From IMG/VR virus record IMGVR_UViG_3300011335_000748, positions 1-57,334 of that record: 57,334 nt of DNA; one strand, given 5' to 3'. This DNA comes from a virus. Taxonomy: Duplodnaviria > Caudoviricetes. This document shows, one piece after another, positions 10,414 through 19,984 of this stretch. Under the pieces are notes generated by a model. It saw only the letters and a program-made list of their open reading frames with translations, searched no databases and had not been told where the DNA came from. The first letter of the stretch is position 1; the number at the start of each line of letters is the position of its first letter. The position numbers and the translations under genes are program-made.

Positions 10414-11226
10414 ATGAGCAAGTCAACTGCAGTTGCCACTAAGGCCCCCGCCGCTACTGCACTCACACTGGCAGACATGGACCTTGAGTCCTTTGCCAAC
10501 ATGGGCATGGAGGAAATGACAGCGGACGATCTTTCCGTACCGTACCTCCGCATCCTTGCACAGCTGTCACCACAGGTGAACAAGCGTGACGGTGCATATG
10601 TGCAGGGTGCTGAAGCGGGCATGATCTTCAACACCGTGTCCAACGAAGTCTACGATGGCGAGGAGGGTATCCTTGTTGTGCCGTGCTACTACAACCGCCG
10701 TCTGGTTGAGTGGAAGCCGCGCGCTTCCGGCGGTGGTTTGGTAGAAAGCTATGCTGGTAATCACCCCATCAAGGATACCACCCAAAAGAACGACCGCTAT
10801 GAGGACGTGCTTCCGAATGGCAACATCCTGAGCGACACCGCCCAGTTCTTTGTCCTGCTCGTTCACCCGACGCAGGGTCCTCAGCGTTGCCTGATCACCA
10901 TGACCAGCACCCAGCTGAAGAAGGCGAGGACTTGGAACACTACCCTTCAAAACATGAAGGCCGTGGGGGAAAAGGGGGTGTATACCCTTCCGTCCTTTGC
11001 CAACATCTTCCGCCTTCGCACGGTCGAAGAGCGCAACGATAAGGGTTCATGGTTCGGTTGGTCCATCTCGCATGAGCGTTTCGCTGACTACAAAGGTCAA
11101 GACGCTCACCTGTTTGCGATGGGTCGGGAATTTGCAATGTCTGTTCGTGCTGGTGACGTGAAGGTTAAGGATGAACACGAGGACAACTCGTCTCGTGCCG
11201 TTAACGCATCCGATGACATTATGTAA
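10414..11226 (+). CDS. Putative ssDNA-binding/annealing protein
   Basis: PYLRILAQLSPQV, EWKPR..GGG, NDKGSWFGW and acidic C-terminal tail; position between helicase and primase. Confidence 0.6.
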   Translation: MSKSTAVATKAPAATALTLADMDLESFANMGMEEMTADDLSVPYLRILAQLSPQVNKRDGAYVQGAEAGMIFNTVSNEVYDGEEGILVVPCYYNRRLVEWKPRASGGGLVESYAGNHPIKDTTQKNDRYEDVLPNGNILSDTAQFFVLLVHPTQGPQRCLITMTSTQLKKARTWNTTLQNMKAVGEKGVYTLPSFANIFRLRTVEERNDKGSWFGWSISHERFADYKGQDAHLFAMGREFAMSVRAGDVKVKDEHEDNSSRAVNASDDIM

Positions 11227-11247
11227 TCGCCCATTGATCTGAAATAC

Positions 11248-11281
11248 GGAGAGCTGGAATAGCGATTTCAGCTCTCCTTTT
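11248..11281 (+). terminator. Rho-independent terminator
   Basis: GGAGAGCTGGAAT-AGCG-ATTTCAGCTCTCC stem followed by TTTT. Confidence 0.75.
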
Positions 11282-11296
11282 GTCGGAGTAGAAAGT

Positions 11297-12823
11297 ATGG
11301 GCGTCGCAGAAAGATTTTTTGAACTGTTTGCTGGGAACGATAGAGCCCACGGCACGTTCAATGTACAGAACAACAGAGCCACCGATGGCAAGAAGACGGG
11401 ACAGGCGCGGGTGTTGCGCGAACCTCCGTCCGTTGACCTTTGGCAAAAGCATTTAGACGGATCAAGCGGTCTAGGTATTATCCCCATCAAGGACACCAAC
11501 ACGTGTCACTGGGGCGCAATCGATATTGACACGTACAACCTCGATCATTCGGCCCTGATCAAACAGGTTCTGAAGCACAAGCTTCCGGGGGTTGTCTGCC
11601 GCAGCAAGTCCGGCGGCGCACACCTATTCTTCTTCATGACGGAAGAGGTTCCGGCCTCCGAGTTACAGCCAAAGCTTGTCAGCCTAGCCGCCCTCTTGGG
11701 TTTCGCTGGGTCTGAAGTGTTTCCGAAACAACAGCAGATACTTGCTGATCGTGGTGACACGGGCAACTTCCTGAACATGCCGTACTTCTCCGGTGGCCTG
11801 ACCACTCGGTATGGGTACAACAACGACGGAGAAACACTTGGTCCAGAAGAGTTCCTCGACTTTGCTGAAGGCCGGAAGGTAACACCGGATGCCTTCCTCG
11901 GAATTGAAACCACCCATAAAAAAGCAGAAGAAATCCTCCCGAAGGGACCGCCCTGCCTCCAGCATCTGGCGGCACAAGGCTTTGGCGAAGGGGGCCGCAA
12001 TAACGCCCTCTTCAACCTTGGGGTCTACGCGAGAATGTCCAACCCCGACAACTGGCAAAAGGTGGTCGAGGACTACAACCAAAAGTTCATGAAGCCACCG
12101 CTGGGTAATAAAGAGGTGGAAACCATTACCCAACAGCTGGAGCGCAAAGAGTACTTCTACAAGTGCGAGGACCAACCTATCGCTAGCTTCTGTAACAAGG
12201 AGCTGTGCATCACCCGCAAGTTCGGGATAGGTCCGGGACAGAAGTCAAATGACCTAGGATCTCTGACCAAGATCAACGGTGATCCACCCATCTGGATTCT
12301 CGATGTCGACGGGCAACGGGTAGAGTTGAGCACTGATTCGCTCGTGTCGCAGATGCAGTTCCAAAAGGACTGCCTGTCGCAGATCAACCTGTTCCCCAAG
12401 ACGATGAGTACCAAGGCGTGGCAGAGCCGGATGCAAGTCCTGCTTTCACAGCTGACCATTGTCGAGGTCCCACCGGAAGCCACACGGAAGGGAGAGTTTG
12501 AAGACCACCTGACCAGCTTCTGTTGCGACCGTGCTCGTGGGACTGACAGGGAAGATGTGCTGCAAGGCATCTCTGTCTGGGCCGAGGGCAGGGTGTTCTT
12601 CCAAGTGAAAGACCTCAAAAGATACCTGACGAACAACCAGTTCAACCACTACAGCGCAGTGCACATTGGTCTACGGTTACGCGAGTTCGGAGCTGACAAG
12701 ATGTTTTGGAACGTCAAAGGAAAGGGCGTTCATGTGTGGGGGATCAGGCAAGACTTCTTCTCCCACTTTGCTCCGGTGTCCTTGGACCTTCCGCCAATCC
12801 ATATCGAGAAAGATATCATGTGA
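11297..12823 (+). CDS. Primase (AEP-like catalytic domain plus PriCT-like domain)
   Basis: WGAIDID, RSKSGGAHLF, GNFLNMPY, PPCL and GGRNNALFNLGVY motifs. Confidence 0.8.
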   Translation: MGVAERFFELFAGNDRAHGTFNVQNNRATDGKKTGQARVLREPPSVDLWQKHLDGSSGLGIIPIKDTNTCHWGAIDIDTYNLDHSALIKQVLKHKLPGVVCRSKSGGAHLFFFMTEEVPASELQPKLVSLAALLGFAGSEVFPKQQQILADRGDTGNFLNMPYFSGGLTTRYGYNNDGETLGPEEFLDFAEGRKVTPDAFLGIETTHKKAEEILPKGPPCLQHLAAQGFGEGGRNNALFNLGVYARMSNPDNWQKVVEDYNQKFMKPPLGNKEVETITQQLERKEYFYKCEDQPIASFCNKELCITRKFGIGPGQKSNDLGSLTKINGDPPIWILDVDGQRVELSTDSLVSQMQFQKDCLSQINLFPKTMSTKAWQSRMQVLLSQLTIVEVPPEATRKGEFEDHLTSFCCDRARGTDREDVLQGISVWAEGRVFFQVKDLKRYLTNNQFNHYSAVHIGLRLREFGADKMFWNVKGKGVHVWGIRQDFFSHFAPVSLDLPPIHIEKDIM

Positions 12824-14334
12824 TGAACATTATTTTGGGACCCCCCGGAACAGGGAAGACAACACGACTGCTGACCCTTGTTGAAGAAAACTTGGCGAAG
12901 GGCGTTTCTCCTGACAAAATCGGGTACTTTTCTTTCACCAGACGAGCCGCACAAGAGGCCGTGCTTCGTGCGACAATCAAGTTCCGCAAGTCCTATCAGG
13001 ACCTGTTGTACTTCCGCACCCTGCATAGTCTTGCCCTGCTTCGCACTGGGATCAAGAAGCAGAAGATCATGAGCCACGACCACTACATGGACTGTGCCAA
13101 ATGGTTGAGCATCGACCCCTTCTCCGAGCTGACCATGCTTGAAGAAGGGCCATATCAGGACTACGGGTTCAACGACAAGTTCCTTGGTATTATCAACATG
13201 TCGAGGATCACGCGCACTCCGCTGTACGAGATCTACAAGTACTCCACCGTTCCTTACACCACGGACTGGAGCAAGGTGGACTATGTCAACCGAGGCCTGA
13301 CACAGTACAAGAAGTCACACGGTCTGTACGACTTCACCGATCTGCTCGAAGAGTTCATCACCTATGACCTCTCCCCTGAGTTCGACGTCGTGTTCGTTGA
13401 CGAGGCACAGGACTTGTCGCCAATTCAGTGGGAGATGGTACACCAGATTGCCCGCAAGAGCGGTCAGGTTTACGTGGCTGGAGATGACGATCAGGCGATC
13501 TATCGGTGGGCCGGAGCTGATGTCGATCAGTTCATCCGGCTTGGCGGTTCAGTCGAGGTCCTTGGGCAAAGCTACCGCATCCCCCGTACTCACCACGAGA
13601 TGAGCCAGAAGGTTATCCAAGGTGTCCACCACCGCCGCATCAAAGAGTTCAAGCCCCGCGACGAGGACGGCTTGGTTGCATGGCATTGGTCGGAGGAGGA
13701 AGTCAATCTGGACAAGGATGATTGGTTGCTCCTGTCCCGCACCAAGAAAGGTGCACGTCAGCTGGAGCAAAGTGTCCGGCAGCGCGGCCTGTTCTATTCG
13801 TACAACAACAGCCGTGATGTGAACCACTCCGCTCTGGATGCCATCCGTGTGTGGGAAGACTTGCGTAGCGGGAGAGCCTTCACTGCGAAGGATGTCCGCA
13901 TGGTCTATCGATTCATGATGCTTAACGAACAGGTAATGCGGGGGCACAAAACATTACCCTCCGTTGACGAGGAGAAGCAGCTGACCCTGCAAGACCTGAT
14001 GGAGAACCACGGCCTGATGACCGATGCCCCATGGGAAGATGCACTCACTGTCATTCCGGACGAGGAAGCACGGTACTACAAAGCTTGCATCCGTCGGGGC
14101 GAAGACTTCACCAAGGCTCCACGCATTCGCATCTCCACCATCCACACTGCAAAGGGAGCCGAGGCAACCAACGTATTGCTGATGACAGACGTCCCAAAAA
14201 AGTCTAACAATACAATGGCAAGCAGTTTGCACACGGACGATGATGAGCTCCGTGTTTTCTATGTCGGTCTAACGCGGGCCAAGAAAGAGCTCCACTTGAT
14301 CCACCCGCAGAAGAATGGGAAGCGTATCATATGA
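12823..14334 (+). CDS. UvrD/Rep-like SF1 helicase
   Basis: GPPGTGKT, FRTLHS, VDEAQD, GDDDQAIY, QSYR, STIHTAKGAE, YVGLTRAK; TGATG coupling to primase. Confidence 0.93.
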   Translation: MNIILGPPGTGKTTRLLTLVEENLAKGVSPDKIGYFSFTRRAAQEAVLRATIKFRKSYQDLLYFRTLHSLALLRTGIKKQKIMSHDHYMDCAKWLSIDPFSELTMLEEGPYQDYGFNDKFLGIINMSRITRTPLYEIYKYSTVPYTTDWSKVDYVNRGLTQYKKSHGLYDFTDLLEEFITYDLSPEFDVVFVDEAQDLSPIQWEMVHQIARKSGQVYVAGDDDQAIYRWAGADVDQFIRLGGSVEVLGQSYRIPRTHHEMSQKVIQGVHHRRIKEFKPRDEDGLVAWHWSEEEVNLDKDDWLLLSRTKKGARQLEQSVRQRGLFYSYNNSRDVNHSALDAIRVWEDLRSGRAFTAKDVRMVYRFMMLNEQVMRGHKTLPSVDEEKQLTLQDLMENHGLMTDAPWEDALTVIPDEEARYYKACIRRGEDFTKAPRIRISTIHTAKGAEATNVLLMTDVPKKSNNTMASSLHTDDDELRVFYVGLTRAKKELHLIHPQKNGKRII

Positions 14335-14546
14335 ACATGGACCGAGAGGTTCTTGCGACCTGTGAATGTGGCAAGTACGAAAAGGTTTTGACGCTGAGGA
14401 AGGTCAAGAATTACTGGCCTACCTGTGAGTGCCGTCTAGCAATGAGGATTAAGAATGTCGACTCCGTACCAGTACGAGCACAAGACCGAGTGGGTGATGC
14501 CGGACAGCTACCCGAATTTATCCGACGCCCACGAGATAGCGATTGA
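14331..14546 (+). CDS. Small putative zinc-ribbon protein
   Basis: CECG...CECR pairs; ATGA overlap with the helicase stop; overlaps the pol start by 92 nt. Confidence 0.4.
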   Translation: MNMDREVLATCECGKYEKVLTLRKVKNYWPTCECRLAMRIKNVDSVPVRAQDRVGDAGQLPEFIRRPRDSD

Positions 14547-16362
14547 TCTTGAAACCTACGACCCTGACCTGAAGAGCAAGGGCAGCGGTTGGCCTATCAA
14601 GAACGGGCACGTTATCGGCATCGCCGTAGCGGTGCGCGGGGCTGAGTGGTACTTCCCCATCCGCCATGAGAACGGACCCAACCTTGATGTGAAGGCTACC
14701 CTTCGCTGGGTCAAAGCCATCTGCAACCTAGCAAATTGTACATACATATTTCATAATGCAATGTATGACGTGGGTTGGTTGCGGGCTGAGGGCGTTGAGG
14801 TAGCGGGCCGCATCGTCGATACGATGGTTGCCGCTCCGCTTCTGGACGAGAACCGTTTCAGCTATGCGCTGAACTCCCTCGGTCGTGACTACCTCCATGA
14901 GACCAAGGACGAACGCGATCTGCGTGAGGCAGCACTATCAATGGGGATCGACCCCAAGGCAGAGATGTACAAGCTGCCCGCCCACTTCGTCGGTCGGTAT
15001 GCCGAGCAGGATGCTGGGCTGACCTTACGCTTGTGGCATCACCTCTACGGTCTGCTCGTAAAGGATGACCTCTTGTCGATCTTCGATCTGGAGATGCGCG
15101 TGTTCCGCGTGATCTTCGAGATGCGGAGCCGTGGGGTGCGCGTCGATCTGGAGAAGGCTGACGGTGTAAAGCGGAAGCTTCTTGCCGAGGAGAACGCCCT
15201 GCTGTCCAAGATCAAGAAGACTTCTGGTGTCGAGGTCTCTGTCTGGGCAGCTGCCAGTGTGGCGAAAGCTTTTGATGCGGTGGGACTTGACTATCCCCGT
15301 ACTGCGGCGACGGGAGCACCGAGCTTCACAAAGAACTTTCTGTCGAACCACAAGGCTGACTTGCCCAAGATGGTTGTGAAGGCACGTGAGCTGAACAAAG
15401 CCCGCACCACCTTCATTGACTCGATCACCAAGCATGAAAGTGGCGGTCGGATTTATGCTGACATTCACCAGCTGCGGAGCGACGAGGGCGGCACGATCAC
15501 GGGTCGGTTCAGCTATTCAAACCCCAACCTTCAGCAGCTGCCAGCTCGCGATGAGTACATTGGTCCACTGATTCGCGGCTTGTTTCTTCCGGAAGAGGGT
15601 AACCTCTGGGGGTCTTTCGATTACTCCTCTCAGGAACCACGCATCGTCGTGCACTATGCGGCGGCAGTGAAGCTTCCGAAAGCGGAGGACTTTGTCGACG
15701 AGTATCACAGGGATCCACGGTCGGACTTCCACCAGATTGCGGCAGACATCGTGGGCGTTCCTCGCAAGCAAGCGAAGACCATCAACCTTGGTTTGTTCTA
15801 CGGGATGGGTGTGAACAAGCTGGCAGAACAGCTGGGTCTGGACCTTGAGAGCGCGAAGGATTTGTTCTCCATCTATCACAAAGAGGTTCCGTTTGTGAAG
15901 CAGCTGTCCACCTACGCAAGCGGAGTAGCGGATGACAAAGGCCGTATCCGTACCTTGCTTGGTCGTGTCGGTCGGTTTGAAAAGTGGGAGCCGACGGCAT
16001 TTGGTTCCAACAAACCTTTGCCCTTTGAGGAAGCCTTAAAAGAATACAACGGCAAGCACAATATCCGTAGGGCTTTCACCTACAAAGCTTTGAACAAACT
16101 GATCCAAGGGTCAGCTGCCGATCAAACGAAGAAGGCGATGGTTGATCTGTACGAGAACGGCATCCTGCCAATGGTTCAAATCCACGATGAACTGGCGGTG
16201 TCCGTTGACAGTCCCGAGATGGCTCTCAAGGTGATTGCCCTCATGGAGAACTGTGTTCAGCTGGCGGTTCCGTCTGTCGTGGATGCAGAGGTGGGGCCTT
16301 CATGGGGTGAGGCCACCCACTCACTCGGAGAGGATGGCCTCTTCTGGGGTATCAAGAAGTAG
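14455..16362 (+). CDS. polA: Family A DNA polymerase with 3'-5' exonuclease domain
   Basis: DLET exo I, FHNAMYD, YAEQD; TGRFSYSNPNLQQ, DYSSQEPR (motif A), KTINLGLFYG (motif B), QIHDE (motif C). Confidence 0.95.
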   Translation: MSTPYQYEHKTEWVMPDSYPNLSDAHEIAIDLETYDPDLKSKGSGWPIKNGHVIGIAVAVRGAEWYFPIRHENGPNLDVKATLRWVKAICNLANCTYIFHNAMYDVGWLRAEGVEVAGRIVDTMVAAPLLDENRFSYALNSLGRDYLHETKDERDLREAALSMGIDPKAEMYKLPAHFVGRYAEQDAGLTLRLWHHLYGLLVKDDLLSIFDLEMRVFRVIFEMRSRGVRVDLEKADGVKRKLLAEENALLSKIKKTSGVEVSVWAAASVAKAFDAVGLDYPRTAATGAPSFTKNFLSNHKADLPKMVVKARELNKARTTFIDSITKHESGGRIYADIHQLRSDEGGTITGRFSYSNPNLQQLPARDEYIGPLIRGLFLPEEGNLWGSFDYSSQEPRIVVHYAAAVKLPKAEDFVDEYHRDPRSDFHQIAADIVGVPRKQAKTINLGLFYGMGVNKLAEQLGLDLESAKDLFSIYHKEVPFVKQLSTYASGVADDKGRIRTLLGRVGRFEKWEPTAFGSNKPLPFEEALKEYNGKHNIRRAFTYKALNKLIQGSAADQTKKAMVDLYENGILPMVQIHDELAVSVDSPEMALKVIALMENCVQLAVPSVVDAEVGPSWGEATHSLGEDGLFWGIKK

Positions 16363-16663
16363 CCTCTTCGGAGGGACTTCGGATCATGGCCTTCAGCAAA
16401 GCCTTGTCGGAGGGGGGCATATAGTACCCCTCCCCGTAGCGACTGTGAATGTGAAACCCCTTGGTTGCCAACACGTGGCGCAGACGGTAGACCGCCATGC
16501 GTACAGTTGACTTCGAGTGCTGGATGCGTGGGTTGTAGTCCACAATAGCCTGATAGAGTTCGTCCTTGCTTACCTCCTGCTTGAGGAGGAGTAGTTCGAG
16601 GAGCATCGAAAGCTGGGCTGAAAGGTTCAATCCTGTTTTAATCTCCTTCAGTAATGCATTCAT
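16352..16663 (-). CDS. Stand-alone OmpR/PhoB-type winged-helix DNA-binding protein
   Basis: VSKDEL...VRMAVYRLRHVL...IHSRYGEGY matches the Trans_reg_C pattern; no receiver domain. Confidence 0.7.
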   Translation of the reverse strand: MNALLKEIKTGLNLSAQLSMLLELLLLKQEVSKDELYQAIVDYNPRIQHSKSTVRMAVYRLRHVLATKGFHIHSRYGEGYYMPPSDKALLKAMIRSPSEEATS

Positions 16664-16812
16664 GTCATGGGTCCTTGATTCGTTATGCGTGTAGTGCAGT
16701 TACTTTTTACAACTACTTTTTAATTGTCACAGCAGTGTAAAAATATATTACATTTCCATTTGCCCGAGCAAAACCATCCTTCGAGTAGACATGGTTCAAC
16801 ACACGGGGGAGC

Positions 16813-17202
16813 TTACTTCTTCGTTTTCTCATCAGCTGTTGATAGATCTTGTAAAGGTGAGCCATAGAGTGAATCCCTTAGATCGTGTTCCACCTGAGCC
16901 AAAACCACGTCGCGCATGTCCGAGCTCAATGTTCCTCCGTCCTTTGACACTGCCAACTGGGCAGCAAAAGAGTCGTAAGCAATCGAGTCGATCCATGAAT
17001 CGGTATTGGTTGGGTCGAATGACAAGCGGCTCTGCTTGACGCACGACAGCATGACCACGATGTCATAAGCCGTGATGGTTTTGTTCAGGCGGATAGCCGC
17101 CAGTGCCGCAGCTCGTGCCGCCATGGGGTACATGGGACCGTATTGTTTGCCGCGTTCTTCCGTGATCGAGAGCGTCTTGTTGAGAATCTCTTGGTACTTC
17201 AT
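16813..17202 (-). CDS. DUF6378-like phage protein
   Basis: ERGKQYG...VKQSR...DSWIDSIAY pattern. Confidence 0.7.
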   Translation of the reverse strand: MKYQEILNKTLSITEERGKQYGPMYPMAARAAALAAIRLNKTITAYDIVVMLSCVKQSRLSFDPTNTDSWIDSIAYDSFAAQLAVSKDGGTLSSDMRDVVLAQVEHDLRDSLYGSPLQDLSTADEKTKK

Positions 17203-17224
17203 AACTTGTTCTCCAGTGCATTAC

Positions 17225-17548
17225 TTATGCATTACCAGCGGTTTCAAATTCTTCGTCAGCGATTTCCATCGAGGCCGTGTACCCATCCTCGCAGACCTGA
17301 AGAAAGTCCTCTTTCGAAAGACCGCTCTCCACAGAAAGGTTGGCGAGATGGAACAACAGGTTCATGGCGAGGTGTCCTCGGCTTTCGCCCGCGTGATAGT
17401 TTCTGAGACGGGCTACGTCATAGAAGGCCTCGGTGATAGAGGAATAGATAAAGACGGAGGCGTCTCGCCATGCCTGTTCGTCAGGGAGCATGCGCCCCAA
17501 GCGTTCCGCCTTTTCGTCCGGTGTGGAGGTGTCTAAAAAATCAACCAT
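17225..17548 (-). CDS. Hypothetical protein
   Basis: ORF packed head-to-tail in the minus-strand operon; RBS-like GGAGAAAG. Confidence 0.55.
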   Translation of the reverse strand: MVDFLDTSTPDEKAERLGRMLPDEQAWRDASVFIYSSITEAFYDVARLRNYHAGESRGHLAMNLLFHLANLSVESGLSKEDFLQVCEDGYTASMEIADEEFETAGNA

Positions 17549-18002
17549 CTTCTTTCTCCAGTTTGCGGGTGAACACCCTGTCGTAATGTGTGGCGCACCA
17601 GCTGGTGCAGTTATGTGTAGGTTCTCCGCAGACAACAGGGTTGATCTCGCGATTTACCACCCATCTGCATTGGTATCGGCTGATGTCAAACAGCCTTGGC
17701 TTATCGTCCTTGCCCAGCTTGATCTTAAACAGACTGGGGCTGTCCTCTATCCTTGGTCTTGTCCGCTTTACCAGTGGACGCATGGCAGAAAGCGGAGATG
17801 GTTTCTTTATCGGGGTCAGGTTAGTGGGCTTAGGCTTAACGACCCGAGGCTTTCGCTCCGTCCGGAAGTTCCGGTGGATGTATCCGAGTACGGCATTCCG
17901 TGTCTTGTTGACCTCTGCCCCAATATCCCGAGCAGATTTACCGAGAAGCATGCCGGACTTTAGGGTCTCTATGTCGTCCTCTGTCCATAAAACATTTGCC
18001 AT
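17541..18002 (-). CDS. gcrA: GcrA-like cell cycle regulator
   Basis: WTEDDIETLK..GKSARDIG..TRNAVLGYIHR HTH; C-terminal CRW..CG..WC..H cluster. Confidence 0.85.
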   Translation of the reverse strand: MANVLWTEDDIETLKSGMLLGKSARDIGAEVNKTRNAVLGYIHRNFRTERKPRVVKPKPTNLTPIKKPSPLSAMRPLVKRTRPRIEDSPSLFKIKLGKDDKPRLFDISRYQCRWVVNREINPVVCGEPTHNCTSWCATHYDRVFTRKLEKEDG

Positions 18003-18274
18003 CAGTGTTTCCCCCAAGGTTCTTGCGGGAGCTCGATGATCCGGTCGGGTTTCATGGGGGTTTGGTTTAAGCAAGCCACCATGTGTTCAAGGGTTTTCCG
18101 GAGATCGTCGACGGTCTTGGCTTTCGGGGTGATAGGCTCCGCTAGGTAGGCCACCACCTCACCGAACTCCGTGTACACCTTGCGGATTTCAAAGGTCATG
18201 TCGTCACCTTCCCCCACCCGAAACAGTCTGTACGTCAGGACCCGTGGGTCTCTATCTCTATATGCTGGGGTCAT
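18002..18274 (-). CDS. Hypothetical protein
   Basis: AGGAG RBS; TGATG coupling to gcrA. Confidence 0.6.
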   Translation of the reverse strand: MTPAYRDRDPRVLTYRLFRVGEGDDMTFEIRKVYTEFGEVVAYLAEPITPKAKTVDDLRKTLEHMVACLNQTPMKPDRIIELPQEPWGKH

Positions 18275-18383
18275 CTTGATAACTCCTTTGGACGGGGAGG
18301 GGGAACAGGTCCCCCCTCCTTGATCACTACGGCACAGGCTCCTAGCATCTGGGCCACCAGCACTAGCAAGATGATCCGGTTAA

Positions 18384-18644
18384 TCATGCGGCCTCCCCTT
18401 CGATGATCGTAACCGGAACCTCGGGCTCCCGAGAACGGAGGAAGATAACGCGGTCAACGATGTCGTCGATCACCTTCTCCCGAGCAGGGTCCGGCAGTTC
18501 CTTTATCAAAGAGAGGAAGAAGGTGAACATGTAACCATGCAGGAAGCCTCCACCATAAAGTGCTGGACGGGTGTTGCTGTCGTACACACGACGGATTTCA
18601 GTTTCGAGGTCCTTCATCAGAAGGTCAAACAGTTGGTTGCTCAT
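18384..18644 (-). CDS. Hypothetical protein
   Basis: GAAAGGA RBS; downstream of a TTGACA promoter-like site. Confidence 0.55.
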   Translation of the reverse strand: MSNQLFDLLMKDLETEIRRVYDSNTRPALYGGGFLHGYMFTFFLSLIKELPDPAREKVIDDIVDRVIFLRSREPEVPVTIIEGEAA

Positions 18645-18709
18645 CGCACTTAATCCTTTCATTGTCTAAGTGGAAGTGTAAAGTGTCACAGTCTGGTTAC
18701 AATGTCAAG

Positions 18710-18832
18710 TCAATACTCGCTAAACCCCAGCCATAATTCCGTAATTAGTTTTGCCATGAAGGCGAACAGTCCCAGTATGAATACGATGGTGGCTACGTCA
18801 GTCGCAAGGCTTACCCAGTACTCGCTGTTCAT
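18710..18832 (-). CDS. Small membrane protein, 40 aa (not in ORF track)
   Basis: MNSEYWVSLATDVATIVFILGLFAFMAKLITELWLGFSEY; ATGA overlap with the upstream gene. Confidence 0.5.
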   Translation of the reverse strand: MNSEYWVSLATDVATIVFILGLFAFMAKLITELWLGFSEY

Positions 18833-19020
18833 TGCCCTTTGTCCTTTACATCTTTGATGCCGAGCTGCTTGTAATACTTTAGGAGCACGGCACGTGCGCT
18901 GTTCTTACCGATATTAAACTTCCGTCCTATCACCGCATAGGAACAACCCCGCATACGCATTTCAAGCATGGCCCGACGGCGGGCGGGGCGTTCCTCATGG
19001 GTGGCTTTATAGGGAGCCAA
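18829..19020 (-). CDS. Small HTH DNA-binding protein
   Basis: MRMRGCSYAVIGRKFNIGKNSARAVL resembles an HTH. Confidence 0.55.
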   Translation of the reverse strand: MAPYKATHEERPARRRAMLEMRMRGCSYAVIGRKFNIGKNSARAVLLKYYKQLGIKDVKDKGQ

Positions 19021-19030
19021 TGTTCAGATC

Positions 19031-19339
19031 CTACACATTCATGTTAAGTTGTTCAGAATGTGGGGTGAGAGCGGTGGTGGAGATAAACTTTAAGAAGGTG
19101 GGGCTGTGGCGATAGATGTCCTTGCGACCAGCCTTGTGCCCTTCCTTGTTCTTGCTCCCAAGCTTGCGGCCCCGCTTCTTTGGCTCTGCCTCGACCAGTG
19201 TCTCTACCTTGTTCTTGCTTCCGAGAGGGCGACCCCGTTTCTTGGATGGGGCCTTCTGCTTGGCTTGGAAGTTGGTAACATGATCATACATCAACTGAGT
19301 GAATGTTTGCCCTTCCTTGGGCCAGATGTACTTTGTCAT
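19031..19339 (-). CDS. AT-hook-like basic protein
   Basis: KKRGRPLGSKNK and KKRGRKLGSKNK repeats; GAGGA RBS. Confidence 0.6.
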   Translation of the reverse strand: MTKYIWPKEGQTFTQLMYDHVTNFQAKQKAPSKKRGRPLGSKNKVETLVEAEPKKRGRKLGSKNKEGHKAGRKDIYRHSPTFLKFISTTALTPHSEQLNMNV

Positions 19340-19800
19340 TTGATTTCCTCTTTCGGTTTGGGTGAGTAGTCCATGTACGCAACACTTGCCTGATCGAACA
19401 TGCGTTGCATGACTTCGAAGTGGGTGGCCCATGCTCCGGAAGACGGAGCCGCCGTCTGGAACAGGACCTTCTTGATACCGGACTGGATAATCAGTCCGGC
19501 GCAGTTGGCACAGGGATGCAGAGGGGTCACGATCAGGGTGTACCCGTGCAGTGGTTCCCGTGCAGACAGGATGGCGTTTGCCTCGGCGTGTACTGTACGC
19601 ATTAGCTTGGCCTCCCGATTCTCGTAAAGGCTGGCGTCATCATTCACCCCGCGAGGGAAACCGTTGTACCCCACCGAGGCGATGGTACGATCCGGCCTAA
19701 TGATGACAGCCCCTACTTTAGTCGAAGGGTCCTTCGACCATGAGCCGACGAGGTGGGCCATATCGAAGAAGCGGTGGGCCCATTTGTGTAGCTCGATCAT
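19336..19800 (-). CDS. dCMP deaminase
   Basis: SKDPSTKVGA, GYNGFPRG, HAEANA, PCANC zinc motifs. Confidence 0.92.
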   Translation of the reverse strand: MIELHKWAHRFFDMAHLVGSWSKDPSTKVGAVIIRPDRTIASVGYNGFPRGVNDDASLYENREAKLMRTVHAEANAILSAREPLHGYTLIVTPLHPCANCAGLIIQSGIKKVLFQTAAPSSGAWATHFEVMQRMFDQASVAYMDYSPKPKEEIK

Positions 19801-19984
19801 TTCTTGTTTTCCTTCAAGTCCAAAGGATAGTCTCCTAGAACGAAAGATTTTTCCGAGGTTACTACCTTTGTCAGCTTGGGCCACCTATTCATTTTCTTGG
19901 ACTGAATAACTGCGAGGTGGTTGGTTAGGGCCTTACTTAGTTTTGTTTTGTTTTGGTGAGATGATTGTCTTGTTGGAAGACCTT

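Noticed and set aside
18294-18322. GC-rich hairpin as terminator
   Set aside because: Imperfect stem and no clear U tract on either strand.
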